From NCBI GenBank assembly GCA_018716295.1, contig DVKC01000025.1:10576-74575 (forward strand): a stretch of DNA of 64,000 nt, read 5' to 3'. The notes under the pieces are model-generated. The model was given only the letters and a program-made list of their open reading frames with translations. It had not been told where the DNA came from and did no database searches. Positions within the stretch are counted from its first letter, which is position 1. The number at the start of each line of letters is the position of its first letter. This stretch comes from Candidatus Avimuribaculum pullicola (lineage in GTDB: Bacteria; Bacteroidota; Bacteroidia; Bacteroidales; Muribaculaceae). Positions 10,460-19,141 of the stretch are shown here, in pieces. The position numbers were made by a program, and so were the translations under genes.

Positions 10460-10723
10460 AATCGTAAAGTTTTAGGTTGTTAATGTGTTTCATTTTTGGG
10501 TTAAAGTGTACTTTTTTGCAGTACACTGCAAGTTTGTTTTGTAGAACTCGAAATATAGCATCATTGTTGCGTATGTTGCTATTCCTCTCGCTCAGCAATG
10601 GCAAAGTTAGGAAAATATATGGAAATCCAATGCGTTTGACGTGATAATTTTCCATGACAGTGTGCAAGTGTTGCATTTTAAGTGAAATTGGGGCAAAGCC
10701 TTGCCGCATTCGGTGATTATTGT

Positions 10724-10731
10724 TATTTTTG
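10724..10731 (+). promoter_or_regulatory. Bacteroidetes -7 box (TATTTTTG)
   Basis: Perfect TAnnTTTG inside the 5' end of track ORF 10720..12150. Supports the ATG at 10783 as the true start. Confidence 0.4.
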
Positions 10732-10782
10732 AAAACAATTAAGGATTGTACCGTGGATAATATTTTAAGGAATATAATATGC

Positions 10783-12150
10783 ATGGCCGTGGTGGCCATG
10801 GCGTGGATAACTTCGGCGACGGCCAAGGTGGCATACGTGATTCCAGTTGACCGCGAGATTGGTTCCACGTCGTGGCGCATCATGAAAAGTGGCATGGCCG
10901 ATGCTGCCGAGCAGGGTGCCGATGTGATAATATTGCATATCAACACATACGGTGGGGCAGTCGATGCTGCCGACTCGATGCGTACGCGCATTCTTAATAG
11001 TCCCATTCCCATAGTCGCTTTTATCGACAATACTGCGGCTTCGGCGGGTGCTTTGATTTCAATTGCCTGCGACAGTATTTACATGCGTCCTGGTGGAAGC
11101 ATAGGGGCTGCAACGGTGGTTGACGGCAGTGGTGAAGTGTTGCCCGACAAATACCAGTCGTTTATGCGGTCGATGATGCGTGCCACGGCAGAGAGCCATG
11201 GCAAGTCGGTTGTGGTCGATGCCAGTGGCGATACTATCGAAGTGTGGCGGCGCGACCCGTTGGTGGCCGAGGCCATGGTTGACCCACGCACGGTGGTGGA
11301 AAGTGTAGGAGATGACTCGACGCGGGTGCTGTCGTTCACTGTCGATGAAGCCATAGCTGCGAGGTATTGCGAGGGCAAGGCCGAGAGTGTCGAAGAGGTG
11401 GTGACAGTCCATTTGGGCCTGGGTGAAGATTGCCAGATAAGTGAATATGCCCCGACGTTGATGGATACGCTTGTCGGGTTCTTGTCCAATCCGGCTTTCC
11501 AGGCATTGTTGATAATGTTTATCATCGGGGGCATTTACTTTGAATTGCAAACGCCTGGTTTGGGTTTGCCGTCGGTGGTGGCGCTGTTGGCAGCCGCGCT
11601 GTATTTTGCCCCGTTATATATCGAAGGCTTGGCAGCCGGCTGGGAGATTGTGGCTTTTGCCATAGGCGTGATATTGATTTTGCTTGAGATTTTCGTCATA
11701 CCGGGTTTTGGTGTCGCCGGCATATTGGGCATAGTGCTCACATTGTCGTCCTTGGTGATGGCTATGCTCGGGAATGACGATTTTGATTTTGGAATGATAA
11801 CCATGGGGAGCGTTATGGACGCAATGTTAATCGTGCTTGTGGGCTTGCTGCTTGGTGTGGCAGTAGTGATATATCTAACCCACAAGATTGGGACTAAGGG
11901 AATAATGCGCCACTCGGCATTAGTCAAGGAACAGCGGCTCGAAGAGGGCTACATAGGTGTGCCTCCCGAGCTTGCCCGTTATGTAGGCAGCATGGGCGAA
12001 GCTCACACGGTGTTGCGCCCGGGTGGCAAAGTGCGCATCGGCGGCGAGGTGCTTGATGCCGTGTCAACAGGCGGCTTTATCGATGCCGGGGCGCGTGTGA
12101 AGATTGTGAAATATGAGAATGCGCAGCTTTATGTAGAGCTCGCTGAATAA
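10783..12150 (+). CDS. NfeD-family membrane-bound serine protease
   Basis: Signal peptide, ClpP-like N-domain, several TM helices, and a C-terminal NfeD OB-fold segment (GGEVLDAVSTGGFIDAGARVKIVK). Confidence 0.8.
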   Translation: MAVVAMAWITSATAKVAYVIPVDREIGSTSWRIMKSGMADAAEQGADVIILHINTYGGAVDAADSMRTRILNSPIPIVAFIDNTAASAGALISIACDSIYMRPGGSIGAATVVDGSGEVLPDKYQSFMRSMMRATAESHGKSVVVDASGDTIEVWRRDPLVAEAMVDPRTVVESVGDDSTRVLSFTVDEAIAARYCEGKAESVEEVVTVHLGLGEDCQISEYAPTLMDTLVGFLSNPAFQALLIMFIIGGIYFELQTPGLGLPSVVALLAAALYFAPLYIEGLAAGWEIVAFAIGVILILLEIFVIPGFGVAGILGIVLTLSSLVMAMLGNDDFDFGMITMGSVMDAMLIVLVGLLLGVAVVIYLTHKIGTKGIMRHSALVKEQRLEEGYIGVPPELARYVGSMGEAHTVLRPGGKVRIGGEVLDAVSTGGFIDAGARVKIVKYENAQLYVELAE

Positions 12151-12176
12151 TCTATATGAATTTTGGAATAAACGAT

Positions 12177-12929
12177 ATGAATTTCATAGGAATAATACCT
12201 GCCCGGTATGCTTCGACGCGTTTCCCGGGCAAACCGTTGGCTCGTATTGGCCAGATGACGATGATTGAACGTGTGTGGAGGCAGGTGCGGCGCGTACTTG
12301 ACGATGTGTGGGTGGCTACCGACGACAGCCGCATTTATGATGCCGTCAAGGAATTTGGCGGCAATGTGGTGATGACATCTACCGAGCATCGCAGCGGCAC
12401 CGACCGTTGCCGCGAAGCCTACGAGTTGATAGGTGGTGGGCAGGACGTGGTGATAAATATCCAGGGTGACGAACCGTTTATCGAGCCTCGCCAATTGGAG
12501 GCTATAATGCAATGTTTTGACGACCCTGCTACCGATATTGCCACACTGGTGCGCCCGTTTGCTGCCGATGGCAGTTATGAACAGCTTGCCGACCCTAATA
12601 CGCCAAAGGTAGTAGTGGACGCGCAGATGAACGCTATATATTTTTCACGGTCGGTGATTCCGTATTTGCGGAATATACCTATGGAGCAATGGCTGTCGCA
12701 TCATGGATATTATACACATGTGGGAATGTATGCCTACCGTGCACACGTGCTTGGAGAAATAACGCGGTTGCCGCAGTCGAGCCTTGAGCTTGCCGAGTCG
12801 CTTGAACAATTGCGGTGGGTGCAGAACGGTTATCGTATCAAAGTGGGTGTGACCGATTGCCACTCAATAGGCATCGACACTCCTCAAGACCTTGAGAATG
12901 CCATAAAATTGCTCAATGCCGATGAATAA
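12177..12929 (+). CDS. kdsB: 3-deoxy-manno-octulosonate cytidylyltransferase
   Basis: The N-terminus MNFIGIIPARYASTRFPGKPL is the KdsB signature. ATG 12177 is preferred to 12156. Confidence 0.9.
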   Translation: MNFIGIIPARYASTRFPGKPLARIGQMTMIERVWRQVRRVLDDVWVATDDSRIYDAVKEFGGNVVMTSTEHRSGTDRCREAYELIGGGQDVVINIQGDEPFIEPRQLEAIMQCFDDPATDIATLVRPFAADGSYEQLADPNTPKVVVDAQMNAIYFSRSVIPYLRNIPMEQWLSHHGYYTHVGMYAYRAHVLGEITRLPQSSLELAESLEQLRWVQNGYRIKVGVTDCHSIGIDTPQDLENAIKLLNADE

Positions 12930-14199
12930 GCAGCGTCCAGCCATATATCCGTTCAAGGAGTTCAGCATCGATTATCCCGAGCCTATAATTATGCCAAACG
13001 GTGTGCGGCTTTATGTCGCAGCTGGAGGCGAGCAAGAGGTGAACCGCCTTGATGTAATCCACCGGGGCGGCTCGTTCGAGGCGGCACCGCACAGGCTTGT
13101 GGCGCAGTTTGTCGCTTCACAGCTGTCGCAAGGCACTGGTGGAAGGTCGTCGCAGGATATTGCTGAATGCTTCGATTATAATGGGGCATGGTCAAACGGG
13201 CGTGTGGCATATCATCACACTACGGTGTCGCTCAATTCGCTGAACCGCTGTTTCGACAAGACATTGCCCGTCGTGCGCGACATGATTTTCGACCCGGTTT
13301 TTCCCCAGCGGGAGTTTGAAGTCTTCCGCAACCGCAGCATTGCATCTTTCCAGGTTTCGCGCCAGCGGGTGAAATACATGGCTGGCATGGAGATGGCTCG
13401 CATATTTTTCAACGACGACTATCCATTGGCCAGCCCTGTTACCGATGAGGAGATACTGGCAGTCAATACCGAATTGCTGAAGCAGTTCCATCGCAAATAT
13501 TTCCATGCGGCCAACCGCATGGTTGTCCTCTCGGGTGGCGTGTCGCAGCGTGAAATCGACATGGTGACCGAGGCTTTCGGACAAGATGCCGCCACAGAAC
13601 CTGTTTCTCCGTATGCCGAGGTGAACCATAGGCATTCCGATTGCCATTTTTCATTTGTAGAAATGAATAATGCCGTGCAGTCGGCCATACAGATACAATT
13701 GCCGGCAGTGAAGCGTACACACCCCGACTACTTCAATCTGCGCATTCTTGTCACTGCGCTTGGCGGATATTTTGGTGCCAGGCTTATGACTAATCTGCGC
13801 GAGGAAAAAGGCTATACTTATGGCATATATGCGTCGCTCTTGGGCACACTTGAAACTGGATATGTGAGTATAAGCACAGAATGTGATTGTGCCTACACCG
13901 AGGCTATCATTGACGAGGTGAAGAAAGAAATCGAGCTGTTGCGTAACGAGCCGTTGTCGCAGCATGAACTTGAATTGGTGAAGTCTAACATGCTTGGCGA
14001 CTTGGTGAAAAATAACGACACACCATTCAACATGGCAAATAATGTGGGGGGAATGGAACTGTATGGTATCTATCCGCAATATTTCAACGACCATATTGCC
14101 GCTATTCGTGCTGTCACTCCCGAGGCGTTGCTTGATGTGGCTCGCCGGTATTTTATTCCCGAGGAGCTTTACGTCGTTGTCGCCGGACGAATGAAGTGA
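12916..14199 (+). CDS. M16 (pitrilysin/insulinase) family protein, probably non-catalytic
   Basis: M16-like two-lobe layout. I find no HxxEH zinc motif anywhere in the 427 aa. Start overlaps the kdsB end. Confidence 0.7.
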   Translation: MPMNKQRPAIYPFKEFSIDYPEPIIMPNGVRLYVAAGGEQEVNRLDVIHRGGSFEAAPHRLVAQFVASQLSQGTGGRSSQDIAECFDYNGAWSNGRVAYHHTTVSLNSLNRCFDKTLPVVRDMIFDPVFPQREFEVFRNRSIASFQVSRQRVKYMAGMEMARIFFNDDYPLASPVTDEEILAVNTELLKQFHRKYFHAANRMVVLSGGVSQREIDMVTEAFGQDAATEPVSPYAEVNHRHSDCHFSFVEMNNAVQSAIQIQLPAVKRTHPDYFNLRILVTALGGYFGARLMTNLREEKGYTYGIYASLLGTLETGYVSISTECDCAYTEAIIDEVKKEIELLRNEPLSQHELELVKSNMLGDLVKNNDTPFNMANNVGGMELYGIYPQYFNDHIAAIRAVTPEALLDVARRYFIPEELYVVVAGRMK

Positions 14200-14211
14200 C
14201 TGTGCGACGCG

Positions 14212-16095
14212 TTATTGGATTTTCAACATGCCTGCCGTGGAACGGCTGCGCAATGCCGCGCCGATGACTTCGGTGGTAATGATATACAAGCCTATGGCAC
14301 GAGTCATGAGTATGTCGTCGTGCCGGCCAGCCATTGCGCCGTATCCTCCTTGAGGTTTGCGTTCGAACCACGACATTTCGTTGACGGCTTCGGCCGAACG
14401 TTCCACATATAAACTGTCGCGCACTTGCCGCATAAGTTCGTTAATCACGGCCGACTTGGTCGAAACATTTGTATGGAAGCCTATCCGTCCGCCTTGGCGA
14501 CGGTATAGGTTGGGATAACAGTGTGAGAGAATGTTGAGTATGTATGTGCCGCCATCGTCGGTGAACTCGGTTTCGAGCGTGTTGCTTTCTACCACTAAAA
14601 GTGCGCGGCGATACCACAACCCGATTTGTGCAGCTTTCCAGGCAAGCAGGTCGTGGTAGGTGTGTCCCCGCCATTGAGCCACTACTTCGGGCAGTCCGTT
14701 GAGGTTGCAAGTGTCGATTACAGTTATTACCGAGAAATCGGCTTTGTCGCTTAGTCCTCCCACGTCAACCACTGTCACATAGTGCTTCGAGGCTGGAGCT
14801 GCGGTCATGTCGGGGTTGCTCCACACTTCAAGCGGCCCGTTGGGCATAATCACCGGGTGCAAGTTGCATAGCGACATGCTCCCTGACACTGCATCGCCGC
14901 CAACATCGCCACGCCACAATGGCCGACGGCAGCCGAGGCGTAGGCGGTCGAGGTGCTCGGGGGCGAATATTGAACACGATGTGGTGGCAAACGCTTCGAT
15001 GTCGTTGCTCGGGTATTCGGCTTTCATCAATGCGTGGGATGAATATTCCTTGCGCTTGCGGTGATACCAGTTGAGCATTTCCAGGGTCAGGCCCTCGTCG
15101 ATCCATAGGTTGCGTTCGTAATCATCGAGGTCTTGCCACAATGCCCAAGCGTCGCCCACTGGATAACGGTAGATTTCAATCTCGTACCAAGGTACAAAAA
15201 CTGGAACCTTGTCGCTGGTGCCAGCCTTGGCTCTCAACCATTCGTTGTGGAAATAGTTGCCAGTGCCATTGGCTGTGCTTTCCATCACAATCACGGTGTA
15301 GGGAGCGAGTGCCACCGAGCCGCATACCGAACGAACAAGATTGTCGGGGGAATGTTGAGGTGATGTGCGCCAGAATGCCACTTCGGTGAGGTGTGCCATG
15401 GCGATGTCGTAACCGCGTATAGCTTCCTGGCTTTCGGCCGACCCTATGGCAACCAGGCAGCCACGGCCTGCAATAATGTTGACGTTGCGGCTTTTTTCGT
15501 AAGGTGCGAACCGTGGAGTGCACTCTTCTTGCCACAGCGCGGCAGGGTAATTGTCGAGCAACCTGGAATACATGCCTTTGATGGCGGCAGCCGTGTCTTT
15601 GAGGTGTCCGCATATTAGGCTGTTCCAGTTGCGGCGGAGCACTATTTGTATCCATGCCATGTATATCTGCACAAGTGTCGAGCCGCCCCATTGCCGCGCC
15701 TTGAGCATGATTAGGCGTATCGGTTGCCCGCTGGTTCGCATATCTTCAAGCGTGCTTGCAACGCGGCGTTGTGGTGCATTCAGTATGAATGGCACAGTGC
15801 GTGCCGTGACCTTGTCCTTGATGCTGACGCATGTCGCGCACCAAAATTCAAAGTCGTGCTTGATGCGGCACTTTACATGGCTGTCCCAGTCCATTGTGCA
15901 ACTGAAGTCCTTGTCGTCCACCATCGACCGTGGCACCAACATATTACCACGGCCAGCGACATTGCATTCCACACGCTCGCCGTAGCACCCTATGCCGGCT
16001 ACTGGGTCGTATGCTGTATTTAATCGCTTATTACGCAACTCATTTTCGACCAATAACCGTTCGGCAGTCCATTCATCATATTTCGTGTTTTTCAT
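14212..16095 (-). CDS. Phage terminase large subunit-like protein (orphan)
   Basis: ATPase-like LKARQWGGST (Walker A variant) and HLTEVAFW (Walker B-like). C-terminal RNase-H-like nuclease acidic motifs VVDVGG, LLVVESN and GRHDDILM. Confidence 0.65.
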   Translation of the reverse strand: MKNTKYDEWTAERLLVENELRNKRLNTAYDPVAGIGCYGERVECNVAGRGNMLVPRSMVDDKDFSCTMDWDSHVKCRIKHDFEFWCATCVSIKDKVTARTVPFILNAPQRRVASTLEDMRTSGQPIRLIMLKARQWGGSTLVQIYMAWIQIVLRRNWNSLICGHLKDTAAAIKGMYSRLLDNYPAALWQEECTPRFAPYEKSRNVNIIAGRGCLVAIGSAESQEAIRGYDIAMAHLTEVAFWRTSPQHSPDNLVRSVCGSVALAPYTVIVMESTANGTGNYFHNEWLRAKAGTSDKVPVFVPWYEIEIYRYPVGDAWALWQDLDDYERNLWIDEGLTLEMLNWYHRKRKEYSSHALMKAEYPSNDIEAFATTSCSIFAPEHLDRLRLGCRRPLWRGDVGGDAVSGSMSLCNLHPVIMPNGPLEVWSNPDMTAAPASKHYVTVVDVGGLSDKADFSVITVIDTCNLNGLPEVVAQWRGHTYHDLLAWKAAQIGLWYRRALLVVESNTLETEFTDDGGTYILNILSHCYPNLYRRQGGRIGFHTNVSTKSAVINELMRQVRDSLYVERSAEAVNEMSWFERKPQGGYGAMAGRHDDILMTRAIGLYIITTEVIGAALRSRSTAGMLKIQ

Positions 16096-16115
16096 GGTGT
16101 TAATTTCGGTGTTTG

Positions 16116-16123
16116 CAAAGTTA
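16116..16123 (-). promoter_or_regulatory. Bacteroidetes -7 box (TAACTTTG on minus strand)
   Basis: Perfect match 21 nt upstream of the terminase-like start at 16095. Confidence 0.45.
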
Positions 16124-16181
16124 CCGTCTTCCAGTAGTTTGCTTAATAACCGAAAGTGACATGGCGCGGCAGGAGGTGGCG

Positions 16182-16592
16182 TCAGCTTATTATGGTAGCT
16201 ACGATGTGGCGGGGTGAGGCTTCGTCGCGGAATTCACACAGGTAAATTCCTTGCCATGTGCCGAGGTTGAGGCGATGGGCTGTGATGGGGATAGTGAGCG
16301 ACACGCCGGTGAGTGTGGATTTGGCATGTGCCGGCATGTCGTCAAGCCCTTCAAGTGTGTGCAGGTAATGAGGTTCACCCTCGGGGGCGAATCGGTCGAG
16401 CAGCCAGTCAAGGTCGTGGCGCACGTCGGGGTCGGCATTCTCGTTGATTGTCAATCCGCAACTGGTGTGCTTCACAAATAGGTTGAGCAACCCGCATTCG
16501 GGCAGCGCGGGCAAGTGCTTTATCACTTCGCCCGTCACAAGGTGGCAGCCCCGCCGCCCCATGTGCAATGTAAATTCCACTTGTGTCACCAT
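16182..16592 (-). CDS. yjbQ: YjbQ/UPF0047 family (secondary thiamine-phosphate synthase) protein
   Basis: HTSCGLTINENADPDV and the C-terminal GTWQGIYLCEF segment are typical of YjbQ. Confidence 0.85.
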   Translation of the reverse strand: MVTQVEFTLHMGRRGCHLVTGEVIKHLPALPECGLLNLFVKHTSCGLTINENADPDVRHDLDWLLDRFAPEGEPHYLHTLEGLDDMPAHAKSTLTGVSLTIPITAHRLNLGTWQGIYLCEFRDEASPRHIVATIIS

Positions 16593-16597
16593 TGTTT

Positions 16598-17185
16598 TCA
16601 GTATGTCTTCAGTTCGGTGTAGAGGCGTTGCAGGGGGAGGCCCATGACGTTGTAGAAGCTACCGTTGATGCTGCGCACGCCTATGTAGCCTATCCATTCC
16701 TGTATGCCGTAGGCTCCAGCCTTGTCGAGCGGGCTGAAGTTGTCGATGTAGTACCTGATTTCTTCATCGGAAAGCGGGGCAAATTCAACCTCGGTCACTG
16801 CGCTGAATGATGATTGCCGAGTGGCTGTGGTTATCGTCACACCTGTCACCACATGGTGCAACTTGCCCGACAAGCGGCAAAGCATGTTGGCGGCATCGGA
16901 AGCGTCTTTGGGCTTTCCCAGTACTTCCCCGTTGGCAATGACCACAGTGTCGGCTGTTATTACCAAGTGGTTGCCATTTATGATTTTCTTGTAAGCCTCG
17001 GCTTTTTGGCGCGATATTGTTTCGGCTATTTCCATTACTGGTGTGCCAGCAGGGTAGGTTTCGTCGATGCCATTGATTACGTATGGAGTGAACTGTATGC
17101 CAAGGTCGCTGAGTAGCTGGCGGCGGCGTGGCGAGTTGCTTGCAAGCAACACTTCATATTTCTTTAAATTTTCAAGAGGTTTCAT
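16598..17185 (-). CDS. maf: Maf-like nucleoside triphosphate pyrophosphatase
   Basis: LASNSPRRRQLL and KAGAYGIQ motifs. Confidence 0.9.
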   Translation of the reverse strand: MKPLENLKKYEVLLASNSPRRRQLLSDLGIQFTPYVINGIDETYPAGTPVMEIAETISRQKAEAYKKIINGNHLVITADTVVIANGEVLGKPKDASDAANMLCRLSGKLHHVVTGVTITTATRQSSFSAVTEVEFAPLSDEEIRYYIDNFSPLDKAGAYGIQEWIGYIGVRSINGSFYNVMGLPLQRLYTELKTY

Positions 17186-17219
17186 AAAGATAGGGTTTTG
17201 TGATTAAGCAAACGTATTG

Positions 17220-17744
17220 TTACCAACCGAATGCGTGGCGGTCGCTCATCCATATACCTTGCGCTTTGAGTACCTGTTCGATAACGTCGCGTCCGCAGCC
17301 ATATCCGCCCATGCATGGCGAGATGTATCGGGCGGCAGCTTTTGCCTCGGGGGCTGCGTCGGCTGGTGCTACTGGCAGACCGACAACCTGCATTGCTTCG
17401 ATGTCGGGGATGTCGTCGCCAAGGTATGCCACTTGTTCGGGGCGCAAGTCATGGCGTTGCATCCATTCTTGTAGTATGGGCACTTTCAGTGATGCACCAA
17501 GGTAGATATCTTCCACGCCCAATCCTGCAAATCTGGCGCGCACACCCTCGCTGCGTCCGCCGGTGATGATTGAGAACTTGAAACCGCGTTTCACGGCAAG
17601 TTGTATGGCATACCCGTCTTTGATGTTGACCATGCGCAACGGTTCGCCGCTGATGTGCATGGGTATCACCGATGGCGACAACACACCATCAACGTCGCAG
17701 GCAAATGCCCGTATGAGAGTCAGGTCATAATCTATTTTACTCAT
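17220..17744 (-). CDS. kdsC: KDO-8-phosphate phosphatase (HAD-IIIA)
   Basis: DVDGVL, IITGG and YLGDDIPD motifs. Length is about 174 aa. Confidence 0.8.
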   Translation of the reverse strand: MSKIDYDLTLIRAFACDVDGVLSPSVIPMHISGEPLRMVNIKDGYAIQLAVKRGFKFSIITGGRSEGVRARFAGLGVEDIYLGASLKVPILQEWMQRHDLRPEQVAYLGDDIPDIEAMQVVGLPVAPADAAPEAKAAARYISPCMGGYGCGRDVIEQVLKAQGIWMSDRHAFGW

Positions 17745-18495
17745 GGCGTTTCATTATGTTTTGAGATAAGATGTGGTATATTGTCCGCATATTGTCATCG
17801 AGCATTGCTTCGTGCGATTGCATCACGTGATGGTCGTGGCGAATGGCTGGCCCTGTCTGCGACTCGGCTGGGGTTAGTAATTTTAGTTTGTCGGCCGTTG
17901 TCGTGATTAGCGGCAGCATCACGTCGAATGGCAGTCCAGCTTTGTTCAGCACGTCGCTGGCAAGAGTCCACATGTGGTTGGCAAAGTTGCAAGCAAACAC
18001 GGCGGCTATGTGCAATTGCTTTCGTTGCTCGCTCGATGCGCGAAAGACTCGGTGCGACAGTTTGCTTGCCACTGTTTCTATTTCGGCTGCTGTATTCTCG
18101 CTATTGCCCTCGATGAAAAATGGGACTTCGTGGAAGTCGGTAAGTGTCTGCTTTGAAAACGACTGCATGGGATAGAACACTCCACAGCGGCAGTGTGACG
18201 TTTCGAGAACTGTCATTGGAACGCTTCCCGATGTGTGCACCCACAGTGCACCATTATCGGGCACGGCATTGGCGACATCGGCGATGGCATCGTCCTTGAC
18301 CGAGATTATGTAGATGTCGGCATCTGCTGTGATGTTGGCGAGGTTGGCAGTAGCGGCGGCTTTTACTTTTACTGCCAACTCTTCGGCATGTGCCATGGTG
18401 TGGCTATACACTTGTGCCACATCGATTCCGGCTGCAAGAAGTGCGTGTGCCAGATTGGTAGCTACATTGCCAGCACCTATTATCACTGCTTTCAT
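17737..18495 (-). CDS. Rossmann-fold DUF2520/ProC-like oxidoreductase-family protein
   Basis: MKAVIIGAGNVATNL dinucleotide-binding N-terminus. ATG 18495 overlaps the upstream stop (ATGA). Confidence 0.65.
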   Translation of the reverse strand: MKAVIIGAGNVATNLAHALLAAGIDVAQVYSHTMAHAEELAVKVKAAATANLANITADADIYIISVKDDAIADVANAVPDNGALWVHTSGSVPMTVLETSHCRCGVFYPMQSFSKQTLTDFHEVPFFIEGNSENTAAEIETVASKLSHRVFRASSEQRKQLHIAAVFACNFANHMWTLASDVLNKAGLPFDVMLPLITTTADKLKLLTPAESQTGPAIRHDHHVMQSHEAMLDDNMRTIYHILSQNIMKRHE

Positions 18496-19031
18496 TCCTG
18501 TGGCCTCCATTTGCCTATGTGCACACGTTCCCAGAGCATCTTCTCGGGATTGAACGGTTTGCGTTCCTCGTCTTTATGTCCCAGCGTGACGATGCACAGC
18601 ACTGGCATGTATGGCGGAATGTCGAGCAACGCCCTAACATAGTCTTCGGCAGGTTCGCCGTCGCCTGAATATCGGTTACGTATCTGGATCCAGCAGCTGC
18701 CCAGCCCCAAGTCTTCGGCTTGAAGCTGCATGAATGTTGCCGCGATGGCAGCATCTTCAATCCACACGTCGCTTACGGCTGGGTCGGCACATACCACTAT
18801 GGCCAGGCTGCATTTCCCTATCGGGGCGGCACCTTGTTCTTTGCAGTAGCTCAGCAGCTCAAGTTTCTTGCGGTCTTCGACAGTTACAAACTGCCATGGT
18901 TGCGACCGCTTTGACGATGGAGCCATCAATGCAGCCTCCAGTATGAGTTGAACGTCGTCGGGCGAAATCTCTTCGGGGGTGTATCGCCTTATGCTGTGTC
19001 GGTGTACTATAAGTTCGTGAAAATTATCCAT
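18492..19031 (-). CDS. Nitroreductase family protein
   Basis: RHSIRRY N-terminal motif, about 180 aa, nitroreductase-like layout. Confidence 0.8.
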   Translation of the reverse strand: MDNFHELIVHRHSIRRYTPEEISPDDVQLILEAALMAPSSKRSQPWQFVTVEDRKKLELLSYCKEQGAAPIGKCSLAIVVCADPAVSDVWIEDAAIAATFMQLQAEDLGLGSCWIQIRNRYSGDGEPAEDYVRALLDIPPYMPVLCIVTLGHKDEERKPFNPEKMLWERVHIGKWRPQE

Positions 19032-19055
19032 GTCACATTTAAATTTTTAAATATG

Positions 19056-19063
19056 CAAAAGTA
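19056..19063 (-). promoter_or_regulatory. Bacteroidetes -7 box (TACTTTTG on minus strand)
   Basis: Perfect match 25 nt upstream of the nitroreductase start. Probable promoter of the nitroreductase-to-yjbQ gene string. Confidence 0.45.
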
Positions 19064-19098
19064 GCAATATATCATTTTCGGCTACTGAAAAAAATTAT

Positions 19099-19106
19099 TA
19101 ATTTTG
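19099..19106 (+). promoter_or_regulatory. Bacteroidetes -7 box (TAATTTTG)
   Basis: Perfect match upstream of the ATG at 19142, divergent from the box at 19056. Confidence 0.45.
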
Positions 19107-19141
19107 CAAATGATTAAGGGATTATGCACATAGGAGAAATA

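Noticed and set aside
12150-19100. Prophage or gene-transfer-agent cluster around the terminase-like gene
   Set aside because: All flanking ORFs have confident housekeeping identities (kdsB, M16-like, yjbQ, maf, kdsC, nitroreductase). No portal, capsid, tail or integrase-like ORFs are present, so the terminase-like gene is solitary.
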